NCBI GenBank assembly: GCA_946609985.1
Contig: CAMOCB010000008.1
Location: forward strand, 48,739 to 72,738
Source: an uncultured Lachnospiraceae bacterium
GTDB taxonomy: Bacteria; Bacillota; Clostridia; Lachnospirales; Lachnospiraceae
Direction of reading: 5' to 3'
Length of the DNA: 24,000 nt
In this document: positions 23,135 to 24,000 of the stretch, one piece after another
Layout of the letters: every line of letters begins with the position of its first letter
Position numbering within the stretch: position 1 is the stretch's first letter
Made by a program: the position numbers and the translations under genes
The notes under the pieces: model-generated
What the model was told of the DNA's origin: nothing
The model's input: the letters and a program-made list of their open reading frames with translations, nothing else
Database searches by the model: none

Positions 23135-24000
23135 ATGGAGCAGCAGTAACAATAGGTAAGTTCAACGGATTTCATCTTGGGCATCAGATTCTGCTAGATA
23201 GTGTAGTGGATGAAGCTCTAGAAAAAGGATACGACGCCTATTGTATAAAGCTTGTTTTCTCAAATGAAAGGATATTTACTTCCGAAGAGGAACAGGAGAT
23301 ATTAAACGAGAAATATAATAAAATGTCGCTCGAATGTATATCCTTTACACCAGAATTTGCAAGTCAAAGTCCAGAAGATTTTGTAAGGACTATTCTATTA
23401 GATAAATATAATGTTAAATATATATCTGTTGGTAAGGATTTCAGATTCGGAAAGGATAGAACTGGAAATACAGAGCTTCTGACGGAACTAGGTAATCGCT
23501 ATGGTTTTGAAGTTAAGGTTTTTGATAAGCTTAGCATTGATGGCGAAATAGTTAGCTCTACTAGAATTAAAGAGAAAATGGCTGAAGGCAATATGCAGGA
23601 AGCCAGCCGTTTACTGGGAAGACCATATAGTATATCTGGAATAGTAGAGGGCGGAAAAAAGCTAGGAAGAAGTCTTGGCTATCCAACAATTAATCAAAAA
23701 TTAGCTTCAGATAAAATATTACCTTTATTTGGAGTTTATTCCAGCGACGTTTTGGTATATAATAGTACAGGTGATTTTTCGAAATACAAGGGAATTACCA
23801 ATATTGGTATCAGACCATCCGTGGATGATGGCGATATACCAACCGTAGAAACCTTTATATATAATTTCAGTGATGATATATATGGATACAAGGTTAAAAT
23901 TATTCCTAAAGTATATATTAGACCAGAGAAGCACTTTAATTCGCTAGAGGAATTAACCGAACAAATATCCCGGGATACGAAGTACGCAGATAGCTTATAA
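23131..24000 (+). CDS. ribF: Bifunctional riboflavin kinase / FMN adenylyltransferase
   Basis: The start overlaps the truB stop (ATGA). IGKFNGFHLGHQ, GKDFRFGKDRTG, SSTRIKE; kinase half GGKKLGRSLGYPTIN...PTVETFIYNF. TAA at 23998-24000. Confidence 0.92.
   Translation: MNGAAVTIGKFNGFHLGHQILLDSVVDEALEKGYDAYCIKLVFSNERIFTSEEEQEILNEKYNKMSLECISFTPEFASQSPEDFVRTILLDKYNVKYISVGKDFRFGKDRTGNTELLTELGNRYGFEVKVFDKLSIDGEIVSSTRIKEKMAEGNMQEASRLLGRPYSISGIVEGGKKLGRSLGYPTINQKLASDKILPLFGVYSSDVLVYNSTGDFSKYKGITNIGIRPSVDDGDIPTVETFIYNFSDDIYGYKVKIIPKVYIRPEKHFNSLEELTEQISRDTKYADSL

Overview
Every gene I call is on the + strand, and the genes are tightly packed. This looks like a core-genome segment of a low-GC Firmicute. 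Gene order and protein sequences look clostridial or Lachnospiraceae-like, but the taxon cannot be proven from this window. Gene order: glgB (3' part) | two G3E/COG0523-type P-loop GTPases | comM-dprA-topA | two acidic membrane-anchored proteins | rpsB-tsf | RAYT-like HUH/Y1 transposase | M24 Xaa-Pro peptidase | membrane protein | rimP-nusA-ylxR::ylxQ (fused)-infB-rbfA-DHH phosphoesterase-truB-ribF. The main non-housekeeping signal is a family of 27-bp imperfect-palindrome units, consensus TGCAAATAGGGACGKTTCTSWTTTGCA. There are 13 units in 5 intergenic clusters. Within clusters they sit on a 31-bp phase (27-bp unit plus a 4-nt linker, usually YATA). Three clusters start exactly 4 nt after a stop codon. 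Two inverted 58-bp doublets (53/58 identical) bracket the single RAYT-like gene. I read this as a REP/RAYT-type system in a Firmicute. This is the best candidate for an undescribed system in the window, but it needs genome-wide copy counts and HMM and phylogenetic placement. Secondary points of interest: (1) a G3E GTPase pair, one member with 36 His in 63 residues and the other fused to a CCxxD-containing C-terminal domain; (2) REP-core-like repeats and phased TTCACA hexamers between those two genes; (3) an in-frame YlxR-YlxQ fusion; (4) a ~60-aa insertion in EF-Ts; (5) a promoter-then-terminator leader before rimP-nusA. No rRNA, tRNA or CRISPR array was found. All antisense ORFs in the track look spurious.
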